NCBI RefSeq assembly: GCF_023227765.1
Contig: NZ_JALKBZ010000019.1
Span: 1 to 50,373 of the forward strand
Direction of reading: 5' to 3'
DNA from: Fuchsiella alkaliacetigena
GTDB lineage: Bacteria > Bacillota > Halanaerobiia > Halobacteroidales > Acetohalobiaceae
DNA length: 50,373 nucleotides
Shown here: positions 12,523 through 21,555 of the stretch, one piece after another
Position numbering within the stretch: the first letter of the stretch is position 1
How the letters are laid out: each line of letters begins with the position of its first letter
Notes under the pieces: generated by a model
Seen by the model: the letters and a program-made list of their open reading frames with translations, nothing else
Told to the model about the DNA's origin: nothing
Database searches by the model: none
Translations under genes and position numbers: made by a program

Positions 12523-13868
12523 CTATCTTTTTTAGCTTTACTGCGCAAATAGAGATCCAGTAAAGGACTTTGCTCATCATGTTTCTTCAGTCTAGAAATC
12601 AACTCCATAATTACCTTAGCTAGCTTTTGAGGATTATGTCTAACTAAATCGTCTTTATTAAGCAAAGGAGCTTGAACCACATTTATCTTTAAATCCTTTA
12701 AACGTTGAGAATCAACTTCTACTGGAGCAGCTCCTTCTTCTTCATATTTAGCTAAGAGCTCTGTTGGAATTTCCTCATTATTAACCAGCACATAGTCCAC
12801 TATTTCTGAGCCTGCATGGTCATATAAAGCCTGGACATGATCGGCTACGCTATAACCTACAGTTTCACCAGGTTGAGTCATTATATTACAACTATATATC
12901 TTTAAAGCTGAAGTCTCTTTTACAGCCGTTGCCAACTCTGTCACTAATAGATTAGGGATTACACTGGTATAGAGGCTGCCGGGCCCTAAAATTACTGCAT
13001 CAGCCTCACTAATAGCCTCAGTCACCTCAGTTAAGGACTCACAGTCCTCCGGCTTAAGAAAAACTCGCTGAATAGCCTCTCCAGCCTCAGGTATTTTGGA
13101 CTCCCCTTTCACTATTCTACCACTTTCAGTTTCTGCATGTAAGACCACATCAGCCAAGGTCGAAGGTAAAACCCGACCTTTAATAGCTAAAACCTTACTG
13201 GACTCCTTGACTGCTGCTTCAAAGTCTCCTAAAACCTTAGACATAGTAGCTATAAACAGATTACCAAAACTGTGTCCATCCAACTCCTGTCCTTCACTAA
13301 ATCTATACTGAAATAGCTTTTCCATCAAAACCTCGGTATCGGCTAAAGCAACTAAACAGTTCCGAATATCCCCCGGCGGTAAAATATCCAACTCATCGCG
13401 CAAAACGCCAGAACTACCTCCATCATCGGCTACTGTAACTACCGCCGTAATATTACTGCTAAACTTCTTAATTCCTCTCAACATCGTCGGCAGTCCAGTT
13501 CCTCCCCCAATAACTACTATTTTAGGCCCCCGCTTTAAAGAGCGCTCCTGATATAATAGCTCTATTAGTTCCTCCTCGTTATTGGGTAATAAGGCTTCAA
13601 TAATTGAATTAATCATCTTAGTAACTCCATAAAATAAAAAGCTAATACCGATTAAAATAATCACTACAGCTGTTATTAGGTTCAATAAATAGCTCATATC
13701 ACCTATCAAACTCTGAATCAAACCTGTTAACTCTTGTTCTAACAAACTCAAAAATTCAAAGCCAATTATTAAGATAATCCCAAAGGTGATTAAAAAAATA
13801 CCTAAAACCACCAGCACCAACCAGCGCTTAATCTCCAAACCAGGATATAACCACTTAAAAATCTTCAT
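12516..13868 (-). CDS. yvcK: Gluconeogenesis factor YvcK/CofD-like (UPF0052) with an N-terminal ~110-aa two-TM extension
   Basis: The C-terminal ~330 aa show the YvcK pattern (IVVIGGGTG, DDGGSSG, PGSLYTS). The N-terminal 110 aa are strongly hydrophobic. Confidence 0.8.
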   Translation of the reverse strand: MKIFKWLYPGLEIKRWLVLVVLGIFLITFGIILIIGFEFLSLLEQELTGLIQSLIGDMSYLLNLITAVVIILIGISFLFYGVTKMINSIIEALLPNNEEELIELLYQERSLKRGPKIVVIGGGTGLPTMLRGIKKFSSNITAVVTVADDGGSSGVLRDELDILPPGDIRNCLVALADTEVLMEKLFQYRFSEGQELDGHSFGNLFIATMSKVLGDFEAAVKESSKVLAIKGRVLPSTLADVVLHAETESGRIVKGESKIPEAGEAIQRVFLKPEDCESLTEVTEAISEADAVILGPGSLYTSVIPNLLVTELATAVKETSALKIYSCNIMTQPGETVGYSVADHVQALYDHAGSEIVDYVLVNNEEIPTELLAKYEEEGAAPVEVDSQRLKDLKINVVQAPLLNKDDLVRHNPQKLAKVIMELISRLKKHDEQSPLLDLYLRSKAKKDRW

Positions 13869-13954
13869 CTCTTTCAGCTCCTAAATATCCTCAACTATCT
13901 CCAGCATATTCAAAATATATCTATACTAATCTATACTAAACTACAAAATTAGTA

Positions 13955-14824
13955 CTAAGTATCTTTATCAATATCACGATTCTCTTTAACTATATGATAA
14001 TCATTCTGAGCTAAAAAATCAAATAATTTATTAACCAAAGTAACAGATCTATGCTTACCCCCAGTGCAGCCAATGGCAATTGATAAATGGTTTTTGCCCT
14101 CTTTAATATATTCTGGAATTAAAAACTCTATCATATCAAAAAACTTTTGTTTAAACTTCTTAGCTACTGGCCACTTCAATACATAGTCCTGTACTTGAGG
14201 GTCATTACCGGTTAAAGGACGTAAGTCATTCACATAATGAGGATTAGGTAAAAAGCGTACATCGAATACTAAATCGGAATCAATAGGAATGCCGTATTTA
14301 AAACCAAAGGAAACTAAGGAAATATTTATTTTATTAACCTGCTTATCCTGAGCAAAGCTAAGCTCCAATTCTTCTTTAAGGTCTTTAATAGATAAATGAG
14401 AAGTATTAATAATTTTATCGGCTTGACCTCTTAAGTTCTTTAACCTCTCTCTTTCTGCTTCAATAGCATCCAAAACTCTACCTTCCTTTGCTAAAGGATG
14501 ACGACGTCTAGTCTCCTTATATCTTTGAATTAAGGAGTTAGTGTCTGCTTCTAAAAATAAAATTTCACACTTAATCTTCTTTTTCTCTAAAGCAGCTAAC
14601 TCTTCACTTAGATCATCAAAAAAGTCACCACCGCGAATATCCATCACTAAGGCTACTCTGTCAACCTTACCTCGAGATTGCAAACATAACTCAGTAAATT
14701 TAGTAATTAAAGCTGGAGGAAGATTATCAATACAGAAAAAACCAAGATCCTCAAAGATTCTAGCTGCTTCACTCTTGCCAGCACCAGACATTCCCGTAAC
14801 GATCACAAACTTCATATCTTTCAT
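13955..14824 (-). CDS. rapZ: RNase adapter protein RapZ (YvcJ), P-loop NTPase
   Basis: 289 aa with Walker A GMSGAGKS near the N-terminus and the conserved C-terminal GCTGGKHRSV. Confidence 0.9.
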   Translation of the reverse strand: MKDMKFVIVTGMSGAGKSEAARIFEDLGFFCIDNLPPALITKFTELCLQSRGKVDRVALVMDIRGGDFFDDLSEELAALEKKKIKCEILFLEADTNSLIQRYKETRRRHPLAKEGRVLDAIEAERERLKNLRGQADKIINTSHLSIKDLKEELELSFAQDKQVNKINISLVSFGFKYGIPIDSDLVFDVRFLPNPHYVNDLRPLTGNDPQVQDYVLKWPVAKKFKQKFFDMIEFLIPEYIKEGKNHLSIAIGCTGGKHRSVTLVNKLFDFLAQNDYHIVKENRDIDKDT

Positions 14825-14903
14825 CTACACTTAACACCTCACTCAATTTCTATCTTTATATTTCTGGGCCCTAGCTTAATTCTCCTGCCTATAAAAGCAA
14901 GCC

Positions 14904-15659
14904 TTACTTTAAAACTACATTAGCAACCTGTCCTAAATCAAGCTCTGCTTCTCTAATTAATTGAAAAGCTGAATCTACTCTCCCCACTCCTTCCGGCCGA
15001 TGAGCATCACTGTTAACCACAAACTTAACCCCAGTTTGAGCAGCGGTATTTATAAAATCAGTATTCAATTGATCATGTTTATTATTTATCTCTAGCAAGA
15101 CATTCTCCTCTTTGCATTTTTTAGCTAACTCAACAGTATCTATATCCAGTTGAAAACCAGGATGGGTAATAATATCCACTTCATACCTTTCAATAGCTGC
15201 TAATAGGGCCCGGGTATTATTATATCTAATTTCATCTTTTGACTTTAAACCTAATCTATAGCCGATAGTATTATCAAAGATCAAATCTTTAGCAGCTCGC
15301 CAGTGCGGAGGCTTAATCCAAAGATGGAGTCCTACTAACAATAAATCTAATTCTGCTATTAAGCTTTCCGGAACATCTAACTCACCATCACTACTAATTA
15401 TATTAGCCTCCACCCCACTTAAAACCTTTAAATCGCTATACTCTTGACTATACCTTTGAATCTGCTCTTTAATCTCCAATAATTCTTTTAAACTCTTAAC
15501 TCCTAGCTTAATCAAAGTCCAACTGCTAGGACCATGTTCAGTAATTGCTAACTCCTGCAAACCCCTCCGTTCAGCTGTAGCAATAATATCTTTAACCTCC
15601 CCCTGTCCGTGGCCATACTTAGTATGAACGTGATAATCACCGATTAACTCCATCCGCAA
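14904..15659 (-). CDS. PHP-domain phosphoesterase (histidinol-phosphatase-like)
   Basis: 251 aa with the HVHT...H.H metal-binding motif pattern of the PHP superfamily (DYHVHTKYGHG, ITEHGP). Confidence 0.6.
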   Translation of the reverse strand: MRMELIGDYHVHTKYGHGQGEVKDIIATAERRGLQELAITEHGPSSWTLIKLGVKSLKELLEIKEQIQRYSQEYSDLKVLSGVEANIISSDGELDVPESLIAELDLLLVGLHLWIKPPHWRAAKDLIFDNTIGYRLGLKSKDEIRYNNTRALLAAIERYEVDIITHPGFQLDIDTVELAKKCKEENVLLEINNKHDQLNTDFINTAAQTGVKFVVNSDAHRPEGVGRVDSAFQLIREAELDLGQVANVVLK

Positions 15660-15729
15660 TCCTCCTTAATAGCTCTTAACACTAATTAACTTATCCTGAA
15701 CTTGATTTAATATACTTCCTTGAATATTG

Positions 15730-15764
15730 AAAAAAGCCACAACCGTCAAAGGCTGTGGCTTTAA
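15730..15764 (-). terminator. Rho-independent terminator of the TPR gene
   Basis: Stem agccacaacc / ggctgtggct with a 6-nt loop, followed by a T5 run on the minus strand. Confidence 0.6.
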
Positions 15765-15784
15765 TATATACTTACTTATTATAT

Positions 15785-16609
15785 TTATAACTCTTCTAAC
15801 TCATCAAGAATTTCTCTAGCTTCCTCAAAATCAGGATTCAAATGCAAGGTTCTACGTAGACTATCTTTTGCTGCTTCAATATTATCTAGTTCCACGTAAG
15901 CATGAGCCTGCTTAAAGTTACTTAAGTAGTAGTTTGGATTAGCTTCAATGGCCTCAGCATACATCTCCTTAGCTTTTTCCGTTTCTTCTAAAGATAAGTA
16001 CAGATCACCTAAACCTAAATACGCTCTAACATACTCCGGATTATAAGAGATAGACTTCTCATAATACTCTATCGCCTGCTCATCTTCACCCATTCCGCGA
16101 TAACTAGCACCTAAGTAATAGTAACTAGGATAAACATACTCCTGGTCTTCAACAACTTGGTAAAAATAGTCAGTTGCAGTTTCGAAATCTCCATAATTAT
16201 AATGAGCATAGCCTAATTTAAACTGAATAATGAAATGAGAACTTAAGTTTCCAGCTGCCGAATAGTTATCAATAGCTTCATCATACTCGGACTTTTGTAG
16301 ATAAAGATCACCTAAGTTGATATAGTTAGAAACTATATCTGCATTATAAGTCAAACTTTGGTGAAAATACTCAATAGCTTCTTCATTATTCCCTTGCTGT
16401 CTAGCAATTAAACCTAAATTACTATAAGCTTGAGCCTTATCTTCATTAGCATCTAAAGCCCGTTTAAAGCTATCTTCGGCCTTTTCTAACTCACCGCGTT
16501 CATAATGAGATAATCCTCTGCGAATATAACTGCTTCCTGCCAAAGCTATTGAGGTTAACGATAATACCAAAATACATATCACTAACATTTGCAACGATCT
16601 TTTCTTCAT
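15785..16609 (-). CDS. Secreted tetratricopeptide-repeat (TPR) protein
   Basis: 274 aa with an N-terminal signal peptide (MKKRSLQMLVICILVLSLTSIALA), then about seven 34-aa TPR units with recurring AxxxYxxAL...NP patterns. Confidence 0.7.
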   Translation of the reverse strand: MKKRSLQMLVICILVLSLTSIALAGSSYIRRGLSHYERGELEKAEDSFKRALDANEDKAQAYSNLGLIARQQGNNEEAIEYFHQSLTYNADIVSNYINLGDLYLQKSEYDEAIDNYSAAGNLSSHFIIQFKLGYAHYNYGDFETATDYFYQVVEDQEYVYPSYYYLGASYRGMGEDEQAIEYYEKSISYNPEYVRAYLGLGDLYLSLEETEKAKEMYAEAIEANPNYYLSNFKQAHAYVELDNIEAAKDSLRRTLHLNPDFEEAREILDELEEL

Positions 16610-16738
16610 GAATAGCTACCCTCCTTTTTTCTAAACTTATTATTTATAAGTTTCTACATATTAGAGTCAATTCCTGCAAAGTAGTTAAATTTTATTAAAC
16701 TCATCAAAAATAGTCCTGTGAAATTTTAACTGGAAGTG

Positions 16739-17488
16739 CTATATGTCCAACCCCTGTTTAAGAGCCATTTTTTCAGCAATAAACTCTTTTACTGCTACTA
16801 AAGAAGTATTAAGTACATCCTCGGCTGTCAAACCTACTTCCTTAACTAATTGCCTAGCCTTTTCTATCCTCCCTACATCAGCAGAAAAATGGGCATCGCT
16901 ATTTAGCAAAAGCTGCAGACCAACCTTTTTAGCTTGCAGCGCTATCTCCAAACAGTATTCTCTGCTTCCATCTCGACTTAACAAAAAAGAGCTATTATTG
17001 ATCTCCAATAATACCTCATTTTCTAAAGCAGCATTCACCACTTGCTCAATCTCTATCTCAAACTGAGGATTACCAGGGTGAACGATCACATCGACTAAAG
17101 GATTCCGAATTGCATTCAGCATAGCCTGAGTATGTTCTTTTTTACTACTACCTTGATAACCAGTTAAAGGATGAAAACCCGCTAAAACAATTTCCATTCT
17201 TTGCAAAAGCTTTGAAGGAAGATCTAAAGAACCGTGAATATCAGTAATATTGCACTCCACTCCCTTTAAAACCCTAACCCCTTCGATAACAGCTGGTAAA
17301 ACATGCAAATTACCAAAGTAATAAGGATGATTAGCTCCAGGCATGCAGGGCCCGTGATCGGTAGTAGCCATAATTTCAATTCCGTTCTGCTTAGCCCCAG
17401 CCACCATTTCTTCTAGAGTACTATAAGCATGACCACAAGCTATAGTATGAGTATGTAAGTCTGCCACAATTTCCAAGAACATCACCAC
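16739..17488 (-). CDS. PHP-domain metal-dependent phosphoesterase
   Basis: 249 aa with LHTHT...GH N-terminal PHP motif, TDHGP, and a C-terminal NSDAH motif. Confidence 0.6.
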   Translation of the reverse strand: MVMFLEIVADLHTHTIACGHAYSTLEEMVAGAKQNGIEIMATTDHGPCMPGANHPYYFGNLHVLPAVIEGVRVLKGVECNITDIHGSLDLPSKLLQRMEIVLAGFHPLTGYQGSSKKEHTQAMLNAIRNPLVDVIVHPGNPQFEIEIEQVVNAALENEVLLEINNSSFLLSRDGSREYCLEIALQAKKVGLQLLLNSDAHFSADVGRIEKARQLVKEVGLTAEDVLNTSLVAVKEFIAEKMALKQGLDI

Positions 17489-17491
17489 CTG

Positions 17492-18415
17492 TTATATTAA
17501 TAATCCCCATTTAGAAAAAATAATACCCCCTACTAAAAATAGAAAGTACAGTTCAAACTGAGTAACCTTAAACTTCAATAACAATAAAGCCGGCACAGAA
17601 AGTAAGGCCTGAGCCCAAAGTACAAGCCGCAACTGAGAAGTTATTAACGGTCCGGCTAAGTCTACTAAAAAAGGAGCACTAAAGACCACCATAACCACGA
17701 CTAAAAATCTTAATTGAGACTGAGAAAATAACTCTAACTGGATTAAGCGATAGCTGCCGGCCCAAAATACAAAGAAAATAGGCAGACTCAACCAAGGATC
17801 AACTAAAGAAGATAATAAAGCAACCACCAAGGCCAAACAGTAAGCTAACTGCTGCGCCCTCAAACTCCGCTTAAATAAAAGGAGTTGGGCTAAAATAACA
17901 GCCAAACCCAAAGCCGGTAATAATCCCCGAGCAATAGTCAAACTTTCTAAAAATTGCGCCGGTATTCGCCCTAATACAGCTTGAAGTACCGGAGTAAAAA
18001 GAAAGAGAGTCAAGAAAAAAGCAGCAAGACCTATCTCTAAAAACCAGCTTCCAATAACTTCACCTGCTTCTTCTATCAACACTTGCAAAATATAAGTAAG
18101 CAATAAAGCCAGAGTTAAACCGACTACAAAACTAATATTATCAGTAAATAATATTAAAACCACTGCTAAAATAGTAGCTAAATTAATATATTTTAAACCA
18201 AAATCTAAATAAAAATGTCTACTCCCCCATATTAACTCCACCAACAGTCCTATGTTTAATCCTAAAGCAGGATTCCCCAATAAAAATCCCCCTAAAGGAG
18301 CTATCCAAATAGGCCTGAGCAGATAACGATACTTAGTAGTGAGTAACTTACGTTCTCCCAGACTGATAAAACTAACTAAGATAGTAACTAGAATAGCTTT
18401 AATAATTGTCTCCAC
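17492..18415 (-). CDS. Polytopic integral membrane protein of unknown function
   Basis: 307 aa with about 8-9 predicted TM helices. It is translationally adjacent to the downstream PHP gene (4-nt gap). No recognisable catalytic motif. Confidence 0.4.
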   Translation of the reverse strand: METIIKAILVTILVSFISLGERKLLTTKYRYLLRPIWIAPLGGFLLGNPALGLNIGLLVELIWGSRHFYLDFGLKYINLATILAVVLILFTDNISFVVGLTLALLLTYILQVLIEEAGEVIGSWFLEIGLAAFFLTLFLFTPVLQAVLGRIPAQFLESLTIARGLLPALGLAVILAQLLLFKRSLRAQQLAYCLALVVALLSSLVDPWLSLPIFFVFWAGSYRLIQLELFSQSQLRFLVVVMVVFSAPFLVDLAGPLITSQLRLVLWAQALLSVPALLLLKFKVTQFELYFLFLVGGIIFSKWGLLI

Positions 18416-18586
18416 TCCCCAATCTTAAGTTTAATTATCATCCTACTTCTCCTCATTATATCGTATTTAGATTATTTCTCAACTGAAGTCTAAAGTCCTG
18501 CTTCTTATTGAAAACAAAATAGTTAGAGCTCTCTCACCAATGGAGAAAGCTCTAAAGACTAAGCTATGCTAACTGTAAGTTTCTAA

Positions 18587-21049
18587 TCAAGTCTGTAAAT
18601 CTCTAATTAATTCGGCATACTCTGCACTTAAATCACTGGCTGCTTCAAAACTATCAGCCTCAGCATAAACACTAAAGACCGGTCTTTCTGAATCAGGCAA
18701 AACCAAAGCCCAACTCTCCTCCTGATTAACCTTAATCCCATCTATTAACTCTATCTTTTCCTCGGGAGTCTGTTCAATTAAATTTCTCATTACCTTTCCT
18801 TTGACCTCCCAAGCACACTCAACCTCCTCCTCAACTCTATAAAATTCAGGAATAGAGGCTAATAATTGAGAAAGCTTAAGCTCCTCTTGGGCTAAAAACT
18901 CCAACAGCTTAACTAAGAAAACTAGAGCATCACCTACCACAGGTAAATCATCCGTAACCGCTTCAGCTTCTTCAGCAGTTAAAATATTTTTTAATTGAGA
19001 CTTTTGCTCTACCTTAGTCCACTCTATATCTGCCCCGTATTCTTGAGCTATATTTTCGATAACTCGGGGTGCTGTAACAGGCAAAAATAACTGCTGAGCC
19101 CCTCTTTCTAAATTAATAATTGCTCTTAAAATTTGGTTTATCTCTTGAGCAACTATCTCACCCTGATCAGTAATTAAGGTAAGTTCTTCTAAATTATGAC
19201 CTAGCACAACTCCTAAATCTACATCTTCCTGGCTAGAAAGATCCAACAACTGATCTTCTCTGGCTAATCTCTGTTGCAAACTTAAAGGTCTAGCACCTTG
19301 ATTCTGATAGTCGATTTCCAACAACTCACAGTTTAATTCACTAGCTAAACGAGAAAAAATTTCAGCTAAAGTAGCCTCTTCATAATCAGCTACCAGCCTA
19401 TAGTTAGCTTGACTTATACTTTCCACATCTACCGTAGTAAATAGCTCCTCTAAATAAGCATCTAAAATCTGCGGGCCCGACTCCACACTACTAATAGCAT
19501 CGACATCGGCTCGCTGGAAGTCCTCTCTAAAGAAAATCTTTTCAATTCCTTTTTCCTGCTGACGAGAGATATTAATACCTGACTGATCGAGAAACTCAAT
19601 TACTGTATTTTGGGGTTCTATTTGACAAGCTCTAACGTGCAATCCTCCAGCAACTTCTAAGTTTCCAACTCCGTATCTAGCTACTGGACTAAATAGTTCA
19701 CCTATATCCATAACCTCAATTCCAGCAGAAAGCAAACCAGCCTGCAAAGCCTGCTTGATCATCTTAGACATAGCATAACTATCAGCACTAACTGCAATCA
19801 CCGTCTCCGCATCTAAAGTAGCTCCATAAGCAGTAGCTAACTTAGCCGCAAACTCAGGAGTCACCTCAATATTACTGATTCCTACTACTCCCTGATTGCC
19901 AAAGAGGGTTCTCGACCAGTGAGTCTCCCAAACTAAGCTTTTATTTAAAATAGTAGTATCGTCTAGCTCCTTATAGGGCCAGACCTTTACTCGCGGCTTA
20001 ACCTTAACCTTACTACCTACTTTAGTTCCTTGGCCAATAGCACTGCCTTCAAAGATAGAGGTATGATCCTTAATATTAACTCCATTGCAGATTACAGTTC
20101 CTCGTAGCTCCGATTTATAATCAAGAAAGATGTTATTCCAGAGAATACTACGCTTAATAGAAGTATCGCCCTTAATCAGATTATTATCACCAATTATAGA
20201 CTCGGCTAATCTACTGCCACTCTTAATAGTACAGTTTTGACCAATATAAAGCGGGCCCGACAGCTCCACTCCCTCTTCAATCTCAGTTCCTTCACCTACC
20301 CAGACCTGTTCTTCAATCTGCTGACCGGGAATCTCTACTTCCACTCGCTGAGCTATAATATCATAATGAGTCTGTCGATACTGCTGCAAATTGCCTACAT
20401 CACACCAGTAAGCATCACTCACATAACCGTACATCGGTTCATCATTAGCTAGCATCTGCGGAAAGAGGTCTTGGCTAAAGTCAAACTTAACTCCTGAATC
20501 ATAGTAATTAAATACGTAAGGGTCTAAAATATAAATACCAGTATTAACAGTATCGCTAAAGACCTCACCCCAGTTAGGCTTTTCTAAAAACTGAGTAATC
20601 TCCCCCTGCTCATTAGTCATTACCACTCCGTACTCTAAGGGGATATCTTCCTGAGTAAGTACTAAAGTAGCTGCTGAACCCTGTTCTTGATGGTATTCAT
20701 AAGCAGCCGTTAGGTCAATATCGGTCATTGCATCTCCACTAATTACAATAAAAGGCTCATCCAAAAATTCTTCAGCATTTTTAACACTACCTGCGGTTCC
20801 TAAAGGACTCTCCTCTACATAATAATGCAGATTAACTCCAAATTCTGAACCATCCCCAAAGTAATCCTCTATCACTTCGGGTAAATAAAAGGTAGTTACA
20901 GCTATTTCAGTAATTCCATGCCGTTTCAAAAGATTAATAATATGTTCCATCACCGGCTTATTCATAATCGGCACCATTGGCTTAGGACAGTCACAGGTCA
21001 ACGGTCTAAGTCTAGTTCCTTTTCCACCGGCCATAATCACTGCTTTCAT
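18587..21049 (-). CDS. Fusion of a sugar-1-phosphate nucleotidyltransferase (NTP_transferase plus left-handed beta-helix) to a C-terminal phosphohexomutase-like domain that appears non-catalytic
   Basis: N-terminus [18 protein letters not shown] is the G-1-P nucleotidyltransferase signature, and hexapeptide repeats follow. The C-terminal ~450 aa have the phosphoglucomutase/phosphomannomutase (PGM/PMM) fold pattern. At the expected catalytic TASHNP position the sequence is GGLHVRACQ, and at the expected Mg-binding DGDGDR loop it is GHNLEE. Confidence 0.72.
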   Translation of the reverse strand: MKAVIMAGGKGTRLRPLTCDCPKPMVPIMNKPVMEHIINLLKRHGITEIAVTTFYLPEVIEDYFGDGSEFGVNLHYYVEESPLGTAGSVKNAEEFLDEPFIVISGDAMTDIDLTAAYEYHQEQGSAATLVLTQEDIPLEYGVVMTNEQGEITQFLEKPNWGEVFSDTVNTGIYILDPYVFNYYDSGVKFDFSQDLFPQMLANDEPMYGYVSDAYWCDVGNLQQYRQTHYDIIAQRVEVEIPGQQIEEQVWVGEGTEIEEGVELSGPLYIGQNCTIKSGSRLAESIIGDNNLIKGDTSIKRSILWNNIFLDYKSELRGTVICNGVNIKDHTSIFEGSAIGQGTKVGSKVKVKPRVKVWPYKELDDTTILNKSLVWETHWSRTLFGNQGVVGISNIEVTPEFAAKLATAYGATLDAETVIAVSADSYAMSKMIKQALQAGLLSAGIEVMDIGELFSPVARYGVGNLEVAGGLHVRACQIEPQNTVIEFLDQSGINISRQQEKGIEKIFFREDFQRADVDAISSVESGPQILDAYLEELFTTVDVESISQANYRLVADYEEATLAEIFSRLASELNCELLEIDYQNQGARPLSLQQRLAREDQLLDLSSQEDVDLGVVLGHNLEELTLITDQGEIVAQEINQILRAIINLERGAQQLFLPVTAPRVIENIAQEYGADIEWTKVEQKSQLKNILTAEEAEAVTDDLPVVGDALVFLVKLLEFLAQEELKLSQLLASIPEFYRVEEEVECAWEVKGKVMRNLIEQTPEEKIELIDGIKVNQEESWALVLPDSERPVFSVYAEADSFEAASDLSAEYAELIRDLQT

Positions 21050-21132
21050 TTAATTAATTCCCCCTTTGTATTATTTATATCCAAATTTGGTGTTATCAAT
21101 GAGACAATTTCGGGCTATCATTTAGTTCAGAG

Positions 21133-21467
21133 GACAGACGATAGAGGATAAAGGATAAATTAAGATCAAGAAATAAAGTTCAAGATCTATTTGACACAGA
21201 CTAAAATCTGACTAAGTTCTGACTATATATTAAAACATAAATCTAAAAAAATTATTTAATAGTTTCCATTAGTGTTAATTTATGTTCGTTAATGTTTTCG
21301 ATAAATTTTAAAGTCTTCAAGGTCTTGTCAGATTTTTGTCAGAACTTAGTCACCCCAAGGGCACTTCCCAGAGTAATGACTAGCCAAAATAATGGCGTCG
21401 CTACGGGGTGCTGTGTCAAAAAGGTTTTAATCTTTTGAACTTTACCTATCCTCTATCCTTTATCATT
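21133..21467. repeat. Intergenic heptamer-array inverted-repeat element, copy 1
   Basis: Left end is four tandem 7-mers GACAGAC-GATAGAG-GATAAAG-GATAAAT (21133-21160). Right end has the inverse array CCTATCC-TCTATCC-TTTATCA (21445-21467). Nested inside are TTGACACAG/CTGTGTCAA (21191-21199 with 21411-21419), GACTAAGTTCTGAC/GTCAGAACTTAGTC (21211-21224 with 21336-21349) and a CACCCC...GGGGTG stem. Confidence 0.6.
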
Positions 21468-21555
21468 TGAATAAAACAATATTGTTTTACCAGCTAAGTA
21501 ATAAAACATAATCAGTGCTAGCTCCAAAAACAATGCTAACACTGATTACTAAAGC

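Noticed and set aside
21133-21467. Possible CRISPR array, considered because of the short direct repeats
   Set aside because: The repeats are 7-mers in contiguous tandem without spacers, arranged as inverted terminal arrays. They are not 25-40-bp repeats separated by unique spacers, and there are no cas genes in the window.
21050-21555. Sigma-54 (-24/-12) promoter, looked for because rpoN is encoded nearby
   Set aside because: No convincing TGGCAC-N5-TTGCW match on the relevant strand here or in other leaders I checked by eye. The rpoN adjacency is conserved synteny, not evidence of local sigma-54 control.
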